Positions 22,950-34,821 of a stretch of DNA of 35,966 nt are shown here, piece by piece. The translations under genes were made by a program, and so were the position numbers. This DNA is from Vitrella brassicaformis CCMP3155 (taxonomy: Eukaryota; Protista; Chromerida). The notes under the pieces were generated by a model, which was given only the letters and a program-made list of their open reading frames with translations, did no database searches and was not told where the DNA came from. The stretch's first letter is position 1; each line of letters begins with the position of its first letter. The DNA is taken from positions 1 to 35,966 of the forward strand of contig CDMY01000655.1 of NCBI GenBank assembly GCA_001179505.1, given 5' to 3'.

Positions 22950-25940
22950 GAAAAATGACCGATGAGAAGAGTGTGGCTTCTTGATCTCGAGCCTATTGGC
23001 ACGAAAGCCGATTGGTCCACGCTCCTGAGGTGCTTGCCCAGAGCCTTGACGACAGCAGCCCATCGTTGGACGGCGTCCTTGTCGTTTGTGTCGATGACGT
23101 CGCCGAACTCTGCAGACACAGATGAGAGAGGCGTCGTTGTGTGGGAGATGTGTGTGTGTGTGCGTGTGTGTGTGTGTGTGTGTCGTGTGTATGCACGTGG
23201 TACCTCACCTGATGTCGATTCGCGCTGGCGACCCTGGCGGCCGTCGCTGTCGGGCAGTTCTGGGTGACTGTCTGCCAAGAAAGACACTCACGCACAGGCA
23301 CATGACTGCTGAGACGTACGTTGCTTTCTCCTCTTACGCCCAGGGTTTTGCTGTCGTGCTCCTATGGCAAACTACTGAGTGCTTGGAGGCCGAATCTGTC
23401 GCTGCATCTTCTCTGCATTGTACGGCGACGGGGTTTTGCTCAGGGCATCAACAGCGGGGATGCATCATTGCCAAACGATTGCATCAGCGATGGCATCAGC
23501 GATGGCATCAGCGATGGCGCGGCCAAGGTTGCCAAGCTTGCTGAAGTCCTTCACGCACCGGAGCCGAAGCTGGCAGACCCGCTTGTGATACGCCTCCCAC
23601 TCAGGGAAAGTCGATCCACTGGTGGAGTTGACGAGGGGCTCGCCGAAGGCCTCGCGCATCTTGTCATTGACAAAGGAAGCCGTGGAGGGCACGGCAGGGC
23701 CAGCAGAGGGGGAGATGGCATCCGATTCATCATCATCATCGCAAACAGCCGGGTCCGCGGGATACGCAAAATTCGTGCACGTGCCGCGCTTGCAGCTGAC
23801 GCAGTTAGTGCAAAGGCGGTTCTTGTCCCGGCAGTCACATCTCCGGCTGCATGTGGACAGCGCAGACTTCCCTTTCGCGTTGCATGCGCAACAGGGGAGC
23901 CCGCCGCCGTCTCGCGGGATGAGGGTCGGTAGAGGGGGCTGGACACGTGTGTTTCATATGCGTTTGCAGGTCAACAGCAGAGTGATCCGGCATGACGTCT
24001 TTGTTTTGGTTGCCAGATGGTGTGTGTGTGTGGTGTGTTGGGTGGTGGCTGTCATCATCGGCCGTCTTCGTCATGGTCCGTCCTGAGGAACAGCACGTAC
24101 ACAAGAACAGCACGTAGACAAGGACAGCACACCGGACACAAAGAAGGCAGTAGTCTGTGTTGCTGCTCTTCTTATGTTGAGTACCCCGACAGGCGATGAG
24201 CGGTGTGGGCATTGAGAAGTACGTCAAGTGCGGAGCATCACTATAATGGGGTCATCGGTGGTAGTCTGCAACCAGCTGCTGTACGCATGACTATGCTTGG
24301 TACACAGCTCATCCAGAACGGAGTGCAGCTTCTCTTTCTCGCCGGGAGGCCAGCGACCATCGCGCCACCACCGCTGTGGCAAGCGCGCCTCCGAGAAGTT
24401 CGATCAGGGGAGGCTTCCCCACCTCGCTACTGCGTACATATTCCTCACACTGCAGAGGCCTTAGCTGCTGACCAGTCGCGTAAACCATTGGGTCCTACGC
24501 CTTTAGCCCACAAGAGAAGACAAGCAGACCCTGGCTTTGTCTCCGTCTCTCCTCTGTTTTTTACAAGATGTCCTGTCGGTGTCTGGAGTATGCAATCACT
24601 GCATAATAGATATCATCCCCTCGCTCTGCACCAATGCGAGTATGGTGGGAGACGAACATGCATAGGGCCAGCCGGCCCCACACCCCCGACGACCAGAGGG
24701 GGTGTGGCGGCCGGCTGGCTTCCTGCATCACCATACGGCGTTTCTATCTTCTCATCTGTGTCACATTTTGAAGGAGTTCAAGGAGATAGAGACAGAAGGG
24801 TAAGAAAGACTTGCGCATATGCGTGTTCTCATTTGGGCCCCGTTTTTTCACAACTGTAGCCGTAATCGCCTATCTGTAGCCGTCGCAGCCGATGCTGGCC
24901 TTCGTGCTGCTCTGTGCTCTCCTTGAATGCATACATATGTACCGTGAATCAATGACACAACAATTGCTGCGTCACGCTGGCCTTCTGACACTCACGGTTC
25001 GAACCCCCACGGCCAAACCCAAACCCTGGAGTTCCCTTCCTAGTGTCGGTAATTATGGAGGCAGCGGTCCCTCCACAAAAAAGGACGGAAAAAGGTCGGT
25101 CTCGTTCCGCCTTGCTGTTGGTCTTTGTAGGGTCGCTGGGCGTTTTCCTTATGTCGTCCGTTGTGTCTCCGTCTCTGTGTCTGCATGTATGGTGGAGTTC
25201 GTCCCTCAGAGGCATTCTCAGCCGCTGTGCCTCATCTACTTCACTTCATCCATGTGGCCAACAATACACAAGAGACCAACACTCATCGATTGGGTCAGTG
25301 TGGCGCACCGACTGGATCACGCAAGATCCTTTTATCAACCATCGATTCGATATCTTGTTGGTCGGGCTCGTCCGTCAACTTCCATTGCACCCCCTCATCT
25401 TGAACCGGCGTATTGAGGTAGCCCTCCTCCAGCATCATCTCCACCACTCCCCTGAAGGCCGAGCTCCCTTGCCTCCGCAGACACCAGGTCTTCAACTACA
25501 CGCCATACAGAGGTTTTTTCCTTCGAGCGTGACGAGTTTGCGTCACCTACCTGTTGCCACGTGTATCCAGGCCCTTTTTCCTCCCCTGGATAGACGAAAT
25601 TTCCAAAGCTAAACTCGTCCACAATCTTGTTTGCTGCCTCGATACACCGACCCTGCTCGTCAGTCACAAAATGAATGGCGTATGACTTATCTCTCGAGTT
25701 TGCGATACGTCAACGACCTACCCGGGCCTCCGGCCTGATGTTCTGCTTCTGTACCGGTTGTCCCGGGGGCTTGCTGCCGTCTGTCTGTTCCTTCACGACT
25801 CGACCACTGCAACGTCACACACCACCCCAGTCACACACCGGCACCGTGCATCTTGACCTACATTCATTCGCTCACCTTTTGGCCTGCACCCCCCCTGGCA
25901 CTCCTCCAGACGGCGAGTCCTCTCCACCAATCACGGCTTG
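22950..25940 (-). CDS. Putative multi-exon hypothetical gene with a Cys-rich CXC-like motif; 5' end enters a gap
   Basis: In-phase exons QAVIGGEDSP...|SGRVVKEQ...|GRCIEAANKIVDEFSF...WQQ|LKTWCLRRQG...RDPV. A further exon encodes CCACNAKGKSALSTCSRRCDCRDKNRLCTNCVSCKRGTCTN (23893-23771). Downstream exons near 23000-23290. Exon linkage between 24000 and 24950 is uncertain. Confidence 0.5.
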
Positions 25941-26240
25941 NNNNNNNNNNNNNNNNNNNNNNNNNNNNNNNNNNNNNNNNNNNNNNNNNNNNNNNNNNNN
26001 NNNNNNNNNNNNNNNNNNNNNNNNNNNNNNNNNNNNNNNNNNNNNNNNNNNNNNNNNNNNNNNNNNNNNNNNNNNNNNNNNNNNNNNNNNNNNNNNNNNN
26101 NNNNNNNNNNNNNNNNNNNNNNNNNNNNNNNNNNNNNNNNNNNNNNNNNNNNNNNNNNNNNNNNNNNNNNNNNNNNNNNNNNNNNNNNNNNNNNNNNNNN
26201 NNNNNNNNNNNNNNNNNNNNNNNNNNNNNNNNNNNNNNNN
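25941..26240. other. Assembly gap (300 N)
   Basis: Exactly 300 N. Confidence 0.99.
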
Positions 26241-26376
26241 GCCTGACAACACTTGCATCTAGGCCGATGTCAGTGAGATGGCTTTCGACCTCGGACACAC
26301 CAATGCCGCTCCCGCGCTGAACAGTCAAACAAACACTCGGAAGTGCACGTGGCTCTCGTGTCACCCCTCGGTAAGC
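26241..26376 (-). repeat. 136-bp copy of the NOG1 intron/exon segment 29443-29578
   Basis: Appears identical base for base; encodes [25 protein letters not shown] downstream of the NOG1 acceptor site. Confidence 0.92.
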
Positions 26377-26648
26377 GTTTGACGGAGAATGACGGATGTG
26401 TCCAACAAACACGTCGATTACACCATTCATGCGATGAACGATAAGTAAAAGAACACATGCGCTCACTCAGCATTGCATGAATGTTCTTCTCCCTTTCGTA
26501 GCTGTGTGTCATGAGAGAAAGGTACAAACACGAAGAGACAGAGAATACCTCGCAGGTAAGGAGAGGACGCACACCACAAATCATGAAGGGACGGCAGGTA
26601 TTGTGCAGTGGGGATGAAATACACGAATCATGAACCATGCAGCGGATC
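26375..26648 (+). repeat. ~260-bp direct repeat, copy 2
   Basis: Aligns to 22663-22919. Confidence 0.92.
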
Positions 26649-28931
26649 GAAGCACAAGACCTGTGAGAAGAGACCGCAAGTATCAAGGCTTACTTGACAG
26701 CAAGACACAACAACACAAGCCAAGATCAGCTCGACAAGCTGCGGGAAGCGATCCCAAGAGCATATTGATCAAGGCTTGGCGACATTTGCCTGCTTGATGG
26801 GATGGTGAGATTGGTCACGAGACACCAAGAGTACGGGCCCGTGTTGATCGTATCGAGGCCACTGCGTGCAGCAGCAATGAAGCTGCACCACGAGCACCTG
26901 CTTGGAGGGCACCTGGCAATCGAGAGACGTATCGAGAGAGCATACAAGAGGCTGGCAAGAGAGTATTATTGGCCTGGCATGTATGAGAGCCTACGGAGAC
27001 ACATAGACTCGTGTGCTGTATGTCAGAGCAAGCGCAGCCTGAGAATGAACAAGAGGCCAACCATACAGACACCGTCAGCGGACAGACCATTCCAGAGAAT
27101 CGCAATGGATTACATCCAAACAATGGGCACTCACCATCCAGGATTGTTTCACCAAGTGGCCAGAAGTCGTCACTTTCAGCGAAGCCCCAACGGGAGAAGA
27201 GACAGCCAGTGCGCTTCTCGAAGTGGTTATTGCCAGGTATGGGCTGCCAGAAGAGATAATCACTGACAATGGCTCACATTTCGTGAATCAGCTGATGAAA
27301 GAAGTGACGACCAAGCTGAAAAGCAGGCACGTAACGACAACACCAGCACACCCACAGGGCAATGGCATGATTGAAAGGTTCAACCAGCACTCTGAATGCG
27401 TCCATACCTCGACGAGAAGCAGAGCAATTGGGACAAGGTGATCCCACTTGTCTTGTATGCATACCGCGCAGCAGAACACGAATCCGCCGGCTTCACGCCA
27501 TTCAAAATGATGATAGGCAGAGAGGCGGTCCATTCAGGCAGTACCGTGCGATTGACCGCTGCAAATGAATCAGAAGCCACAACCATCGACCCAAAGGATG
27601 CTATCAACCTGATAATTGAAGGCATACAAGAAATTCATGAGAAGGCCCGCTCGAATATGGATAGGTCCAAACAAAAGGTCGCCGCCAGAGAGAGAGGACT
27701 GCCTGAGCCGAGGGAATTCAAGGCGGGAGACAGAGTGCGTGTGTTCAACAACCAAGCGCCGAAGGGCGTCAGCAAGAAACTCATTTCACCTTGGCGGACA
27801 GTAGCGATTGTGGAAGAAAGGACGGGCCCAGTCACCTGCAAGATCAGACCGTGCGGGTCACAAAAGGCAACAAACATCAATGTGGATCGATTGAAGGCAG
27901 CTTCGACTCAGGAGACGACCGATGATTACCAAAGCACTGAAGTGCCAGGCTCTTAGCTGAGGAGAGACAGACGGCAGACTGTGTTCAATCAGGATGCATT
28001 CCTGACCACAGAGCAGGAGGACGTATTGAAAGAATTCGCACTCGGATCAGATCATGTACCTGCCACAAGGAGACAGAGCGAGGCTCAGAATTCGACCCGA
28101 TGGCACATGACCCAAGCCTCAAAGACATCCAGCCAGACGACCGATTTGACCGTGTAGAGAAACACGAAGTGCAGGCAGTGATCGGCAAGAGGAACCATCA
28201 GGGCAGAGTGCAATTCTAGACCCCGGCGGGACCGGGGGATGCACACGACAGCCCTTGTCCGTTTTTCCTTAGTGCAGAACACGTGCGTGAATTCCATCTA
28301 ATGAGGGGTATGACGGGCATGTGCAACTGCAGTGCCATGTACGTGTAAACTGCGATCTTGTGGGCAGACTGGGATGGGCGACGTCGAGACACGTTTTGGT
28401 TGACGGTGTGGTGATATCGATGTGGCACCGCGTGGCGGTTGGCTTGGTTGCAGTTGAAACGTTTGCGACCGCTCACTTCTTCACGGATAATCAGAAAAGA
28501 GATCGTGTTCGCAACGGATGAATTAACCTAAACGGAGCAAAGAATGTAAGGAAAGGCTATATGGATGCTGTAATCAGAGCTCGGATTACTTCGATGCACG
28601 GAAAGGAGACACGCTCCTCTAAAACTCGGGAACGGTTTTCGAAGCTGAGGCAGTGTCAGGCCTGAGAAGGACCCTCTATGTTGGATCATCGGAGTGTCGG
28701 CTTTCCGTCAAACCTCTACATTCTCTCCTTGTTGGGTCTTTGTTTAGCATATAGGACTTTACACAAGTGAGCAGAGCATCTTTTTCCCTCTCTGACAAAC
28801 CCCAATCATCGCAAGAAGCCGTCTCTCAGAGTGTCTCAGACGACTCTTTAGTATTTTTTAGTTGGTCACACCATGTGGTCTACTGACAGAACTGAAATCG
28901 TGGTTATTGTAGAAGAGACTTGGCACTTACA
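26649..28931 (+). mobile_element. 5'-truncated, degenerate Ty3/Gypsy LTR retrotransposon (integrase, chromodomain-like remnant, 3' LTR)
   Basis: Integrase H2C2 (HEHLLGGHL...YYWPGM...CAVCQ), RPFQRIAMD, IITDNGSHF, HPQGNGMIERFN, WDKVIPLVLYAYR, TPFKMMIGRE. Broken by two frameshifts and in-frame stops (26766, 27954). EVQAVIGKRNHQGRVQF* resembles a chromodomain start. No RT/RNaseH or gag is visible. Confidence 0.9.
28545..28931 (+). repeat. Putative 3' LTR (~387 bp)
   Basis: Begins TGTAAG after a purine-rich tract (AAACGGAGCAAAGAA) and ends CTTACA, a perfect 6-bp terminal inverted repeat. There is no partner LTR in the window. Confidence 0.65.
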
Positions 28932-28982
28932 ACGACACACAAAGAAAAGCTCACAGAACACTGTGCACCTTTCGGCTTTTAC

Positions 28983-29282
28983 NNNNNNNNNNNNNNNNNN
29001 NNNNNNNNNNNNNNNNNNNNNNNNNNNNNNNNNNNNNNNNNNNNNNNNNNNNNNNNNNNNNNNNNNNNNNNNNNNNNNNNNNNNNNNNNNNNNNNNNNNN
29101 NNNNNNNNNNNNNNNNNNNNNNNNNNNNNNNNNNNNNNNNNNNNNNNNNNNNNNNNNNNNNNNNNNNNNNNNNNNNNNNNNNNNNNNNNNNNNNNNNNNN
29201 NNNNNNNNNNNNNNNNNNNNNNNNNNNNNNNNNNNNNNNNNNNNNNNNNNNNNNNNNNNNNNNNNNNNNNNNNNNNNNNNNN
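28983..29282. other. Assembly gap (300 N), probably containing the NOG1 3' end
   Basis: Exactly 300 N; the NOG1 frame (GGHRKRTRS) runs into it. Confidence 0.95.
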
Positions 29283-32026
29283 CAGAGCGAGTGCGCTTAC
29301 GATGCCCTCCTAGGCCATCCACCACGCATCAAAGAGACTGCAGATGACTGTATCCTTGTTCTTCCTTAGTTCTCACCTTCTTGCATAGTACGGCCCTCCC
29401 CATGCCCACTGGACAGTGCATGAGGAGTCTTGCGTGCGCGTCGCCTGACAACACTTGCATCTAGGCCGATGTCAGTGAGATGGCTTTCGACCTCGGACAC
29501 ACCAATGCCGCTCCCGCGCTGAACAGTCAAACAAACACTCGGAAGTGCACGTGGCTCTCGTGTCACCCCTCGGTAAGCATACGCCCACCCACCTGTCTTG
29601 GAGTGGGAACGTGGTTTCTTGATTTGGTAAGGGCGTTCTCCACTCTCTTTTGCTGGATCTTGGAATGGACCTCCTTGAGCAGCTGCTGGGTGTGACGCCA
29701 GTCCTCCTCGTCCAGCTGAGAATGGGTGCGGGCGTATGAATGGGGTATTGCTGTAAGTTTGCATACCACGTCATCTGCTCCACTCTGGATTAGCAGGGCC
29801 TCCTCCTTTTCGAGCTCCGTCAGACGGGCCTCAATATCAGGATCGATGAAATCTGTGGTACAGAGGGGCACACGAAGGGCCAGGTATGCTCATGCACCAC
29901 ACATCTGTACTGTGTGTGTGTGTTTTACCTGCAACGTTCTTTCCCTCGAATATCTCCGGGACGAGGTCATACTTCCAGCTGTCGTCTTGCAGCATGTATT
30001 GCTCTGAAGTCACCCGAGACGCGCCATGCGTGTGGAGTTTGGCTTTCTGCCTCTCTCCTTCTTCTGTCTGCACAGCTCACTTTTGAGGTCCACCGAGTAC
30101 ACTCCCGGCCCTCCCTGCTCCTCTTGCAGATCTTTCTCCGTGCGCCGCTTGGGCATCTCCATACCCATCTGCACATGTGCAAACGAGCTTGTGACGCATC
30201 GATCATGCCTACAATTAAGTGACCTGTTTCATCTGTCGCTGCTGCTGCACTGAATCCGGAATGCACGGCGGGCGATCTGGAAGCATTCAGACAGGCATTG
30301 CCAGATATCTACACAATGCCTCAATCGTCTACTGTACCAGCTCGTGGCTCCACAGCAGTGACGTGCAGGCGATTCAAAACACTGTCCACCTGAGTGTCAT
30401 ACAGACCGACAAGGCAAGAGGCATTCATGTCTTTACCGATGGTTGAGGCACTGGCAGTGCTTGCCTTTTTGGACTCCACCTTGCCCTGCACGCGACGTGT
30501 TAGCAGCAGCTCGCATGCCTGGACAGCACAGACACGAAAGAACAAGACACAACAGTGTGTTGGCGGGCACGTCCGTTTGGGTGCCTTACCTTGTTCTTCG
30601 CGTTGTCCACCCCTTGTGCTGTCAGACAAGAAGTGGGCAGGAACTCGACACCACCACCTGTACACAGCACACGTGACAGAAACAATTTTCCTCGCTTCGT
30701 GGGCATCCGCATCAAGTGTGATGCAGACCTTCTTTCATCGACTCGATCAGTGCTCTCTCGTCTGGTTCGAGTGCATCGGGGGGCCGCACGTCCATCTTGT
30801 TGAGGATGACCAGCAGGGGTTTGTTTCTGAAGAGAGGCTTGAGCGAGTGAAACAGGGCGACTTGCGCGTCCAGCCGGAAGCCACACTGCTCCGACAGATC
30901 CACGAAATACAACACAGTGGCCTGAAGCAGAAGCAGACACGATCGCATGTCGTAGCTGTTGAATGAATGTGTGTACATGCTCACCTGTATGTTAGCGAGC
31001 GCCGTGATGGCAGTCATTTCTATCGTGTTCCTTTCTTCCAACGGATGATCCAGAATGCCAGGAGTGTCGATCACCTGAAAATACCGAGACGCACAATACA
31101 GGGCGAAAGGACAACCTCACCCATGGATATCCGTACCTGCCATCGGGTGTAGTGGTAGTCGAAGTGCCCGACGTAGAGCGACTTGGTGGTGAAGGCATAG
31201 GGCTGCACCTCAACATTGGCATTCGTCACTTGGTTCATGAAGGACGACTTGCCGACATTAGGAAACCCTGTCAGAATCAGAGTGCGGGTCGTCCTGGAAA
31301 AACGGGCGAGAGAATTGAAATGACAGACGTCGGCATGTGCACACACATGTGCTCATTTCTTACGGATTGATGGATGGCAATCTGGCCAGATGTTGCCTGA
31401 CCTCCTCCAGATAGGCCAGACTGGCGTGCAGCTTCTTCACTGCCGTGCACATTCGGCCCAGCGCGGCCCTCTTGAGCATCTTGCATTTGTAAGGGCTGTC
31501 GGCGTACTTCAGCAGGCGCACGTAGTCCTTGGCGACGTTGTCGATGATTGCTCGCACGGCATGCACCTGCCCGAGACCCACCTTGTAGTGATCACGGTCA
31601 TACAAAACGTTGCAGAGGTCCGCGTAGAACGGGTGAAGGTCCTGTCGACACACACGCGCCCACGGGAGAAGGATGCTCGTGGGGTCTACACATCTGTCTG
31701 AGTGCACGCAGCAGCTCACATCGAGTTTTGGGAACTCCTGGAGTATTGACGAGAGCCTGTCGTGGAAGGCCTGCTGACAGAACTTGACCTTCCGCATGTA
31801 GAAGGATCTGATGCGGCTGATCTTGAACTGGGGATGCACTTGGGTGGGCGTCTTCCGCTGCGTCTTCGACAAGACGATGTCTACGAAATCCTTGGCTGTC
31901 GGAACGACAGTGATCTCCTGCAACAAACACACAGCAACATGTGGAACAAACGCAGGAGATCACTGTTGTCGACATCGGAAGGATCTCCAACCAACCCCTT
32001 ACCTTGAACTTGTAGGACTGGGCCAT
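29283..32026 (-). CDS. NOG1: Nucleolar GTP-binding protein 1 (multi-exon; 3' end in gap)
   Basis: MAQSYKFK|[39 protein letters not shown]; G1 [10 protein letters not shown]2 [10 protein letters not shown]3 IDTPGILD, G4 NKMD; [29 protein letters not shown]. Confidence 0.97.
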
Positions 32027-32444
32027 TGTGACGGGCTTTCCTCCCGCAGCTCTCCCGCAGCTTCTCTCTGCCGGAGGGTTATTGTGTTGTACCGAGACTC
32101 GTGTCGAAGAAGAAGGTAAAAGTGTGTGTGTTACACGGGCAGGGGATCATCCCCTACATGAATTTTAAAACCGGGGCTTTTTCCCACTGGAATTCCGATG
32201 CGTGTAGGCAGCGCATGCGAGAGCTGTTTTGGTTAAGCAAAACTAGACAGCATGCTCTCGCTTTTGAACAAAGGAGGGAAAAAGAAAATTTGGCAATCTC
32301 TTCCGGTTTCACGGATTTCCTAAACATTCGCTTTTACTGTTTTACGGACACGCCTGCCCGAAGGGCAGGCACTGCAGGCACCCGTCTCACAACAATGTGC
32401 TCCCTGAAACCGCTGCTGCCGGTGTGAACAAGAGCACAGTAGCT
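32027..32444. promoter_or_regulatory. Probable bidirectional promoter
   Basis: About 420 bp between the divergent ATGs at 32026 (-) and 32445 (+). Contains the interrupted palindrome AGGGGAT-C-ATCCCCT (32141-32155). Confidence 0.5.
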
Positions 32445-34821
32445 ATGACGAAGGGAGGTCGCGTTGACCTGGCCACCCTCACGGCTGATGACGAGGTCAC
32501 AGCAGTTTATCATGAAGCAGACCAAGTGGGAAAGAAAGTCAAGGAGTCCAAAGTGCGATACACATGGGTGAGGCGGGAAGGGGGTTGTCTCGTGTGGATA
32601 CGGCACATTTGATCGTGGCCGTACAGGTGCTGGACCTCGGGGGGACGTCGCATCGCATCGACTTCACTAACTCGCGGGCATCTGGGATGAAGCGGGTGCT
32701 CGTAGATGGCCACCTGCAACACGAAAACAAACAGTAAGACGGCCGCGTTGACAACCACCGTGGGTGCCATCCTGTGTGGCTTCTCTTCGCATGGATCAGG
32801 TTTCGGGGCGGTGCGTTTCAATATAGCTGGCCTATGGGCAAGCATCTCCTGAGCATCGTGCCAGACGAAGACGGTGCGCATGTCACCATCGATTTCTTCA
32901 TGAGCAGCTTCACGTGTGATGCCGTTCCATTTCTATCAGGCGGTCGCTTTCGTCTCCGGATCAATGGGCTGCCATTCGAGGCCTTCGCACCAAAGCAGAA
33001 GCTCAAACGGCAGCAAATGCAACTTAGGGAGCAAGCAAAAGCCGCTGGACGGGTAAGCAGGGTGTTGAAATGAAGGCAGCTTAAGAGACTCGGTGGCGGG
33101 GGGAGCCGCGGTTCACGCGACGCTTTCTGGGTTCTGTCTCCTCTGCAGAATGCCGGTGCGAGTCCAAGTGGCGCTTCATCAGGAGCACATAGCAGCGTAC
33201 AGCGCCCCGCAGAGAAGCGTCCATCGGACAGCAAACCACAGGTGACGGCGGTCGCGGTGACAGCAAGACAGCCACAACAGGTCAAGGCCAGTGACCCGGA
33301 CCTGCTTATCGGTAGGCGGCGTTTGCGAGTGAGATGTGCGTACCGGCTTTGGCATATGTTGTGTGCTTGTCAGGCATAAGCGACTCGTCTGACCCATTTG
33401 CTGGCACAGTGGGAGTTGGAGCGGCTGGTGTGCAAGATCCGTTCAAGGAGGTGAGGGCGGTCGGCCATCGTCACAACAACAGGATGGGCGCGCATCGTTC
33501 ATCCATTTGGTATCTGTACAGGAATCTGTCGCACCGAGCGGAGGAATCCTTCACGCTCCAAGTGGTGAGTAAAAAGAGGGTGCTCAAATGTAGCTCCCAA
33601 GTACTCAATAGGTGGCTTCCACTGCCTCGGTTTCAGACGATCTGATTGGCTTGGAGACCCCGAACAGCTCACCCCCTGCAGCACACGTCGGAGAACGGCA
33701 CTTCGACCCACTCATAGTGAGCAGCTTCCTCGACGGGAAAGGGAACACCATCCACATCGTGAGTCTTATTCACCCATTAGATGAGTAGTTCCGGTGGCTC
33801 GTTTGACGCTGATCCCTTCAGCGGTGCTGAGCCCTTCACCGGTATTGCACCTGGGGCAGACATTGGGGACCTGCCACCAGACCTATTTGCAGCTCAGCAT
33901 TACGATATCAGTAAGGAAGGGGGGGGAACCCGACACAAAGCCACAGTCGAAGTCAAGATACTTGTTACCTTCATTTGCTGCCTTTCTCAGGTACTCCGCC
34001 AGATGGCCGGTCCGAGGCCGACACCACGGAGGCGGGGCAACCCCAGCAACCAAACAGCCCTCAGTCAGCCGATCCGTATGGTTTTATGCCCCCCGTGCGC
34101 CACGCACAACTGCACACCCCAACCGGCAGCACACAAGCCGCCTCAAAAACGCTCATGCCGGCAAGCGACGACCAATTTGATTCGACCGAGAAGGCAAGCC
34201 CAGCGTCCTACGGGCAGCAACAGATGGCGTGCGGCAGTTACCCTTCACAGATGCAGTCATGGCAGCGGTTCGGTGGGGACTGGTGCAGCAGCACTGGGGG
34301 CTATGACAACCAGTGGAATACATCAATGACGGGGCAAGGCCGGCCGATCGGTCAGGCGCAACGAGCACAGATGATGCCATTGTCACAACAGCAACACGTG
34401 AGACAGGTGTGAGGAAACGAAGACAAATGCAAACCAGCCAGTATCACCCTTGTTGCGAACGCTTGGTGTTAAGGGTGGCGACCTATGGGCACACAAGCTT
34501 GTGCAGCTCGATTCTCTGGGCAACAACATGGACCTACCCACCACTAGCAACACGAATCCTTTTGCAACAGCGGCACCAGCTCCGAACCACAGTTCTGCTG
34601 CAAACATGTTGGAGGTAAGCAACGAGATGAAGGAGACCCATGAATAGTTGGATTCGTCCATGTCAGGGCGGAAGGTATATCAGCGGGAGCCATGGTGAGC
34701 TACAGGGCAGCTCAACTGTGTGCTTGCATCTTCGCACATGTTGTCTGTTAATCTAGGTGGCCCGATCGCTCAATCATCAACTAATGAGCTGGACGATGCT
34801 TTCTCTCTCATAAAGCTGTAA
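32445..34821 (+). CDS. FAIM1-like beta-sandwich domain protein with a long low-complexity tail bearing DPF/NPF motifs (multi-exon)
   Basis: Spliced N-terminus YTW|VLDLGGTSHRIDFTNSRASGMKRVLVDGHLQHENKQ|FRGGAFQYSWPMGKHLLSIVPDED|GGRFRLRINGLPFE resembles the FAIM fold pattern W...H.I.F.....SGKR...VDG. The tail has DPF at ~33391, 33437 and 33811 and NPF at ~34555. Stop TAA at 34819-34821. Confidence 0.7.

Noticed and set aside
23481-23516. 12-bp unit x3 (GCATCAGCGATG) as a CRISPR-like or regulatory array
   Set aside because: No spacers; it is a simple tandem repeat, probably encoding AIAD x3 on the minus strand.
22663-26648. The 260-bp repeats as a canonical LTR pair of the Gypsy element
   Set aside because: No clear TG...CA termini, no gag/pol between them, and no similarity to the putative LTR at 28545-28931.
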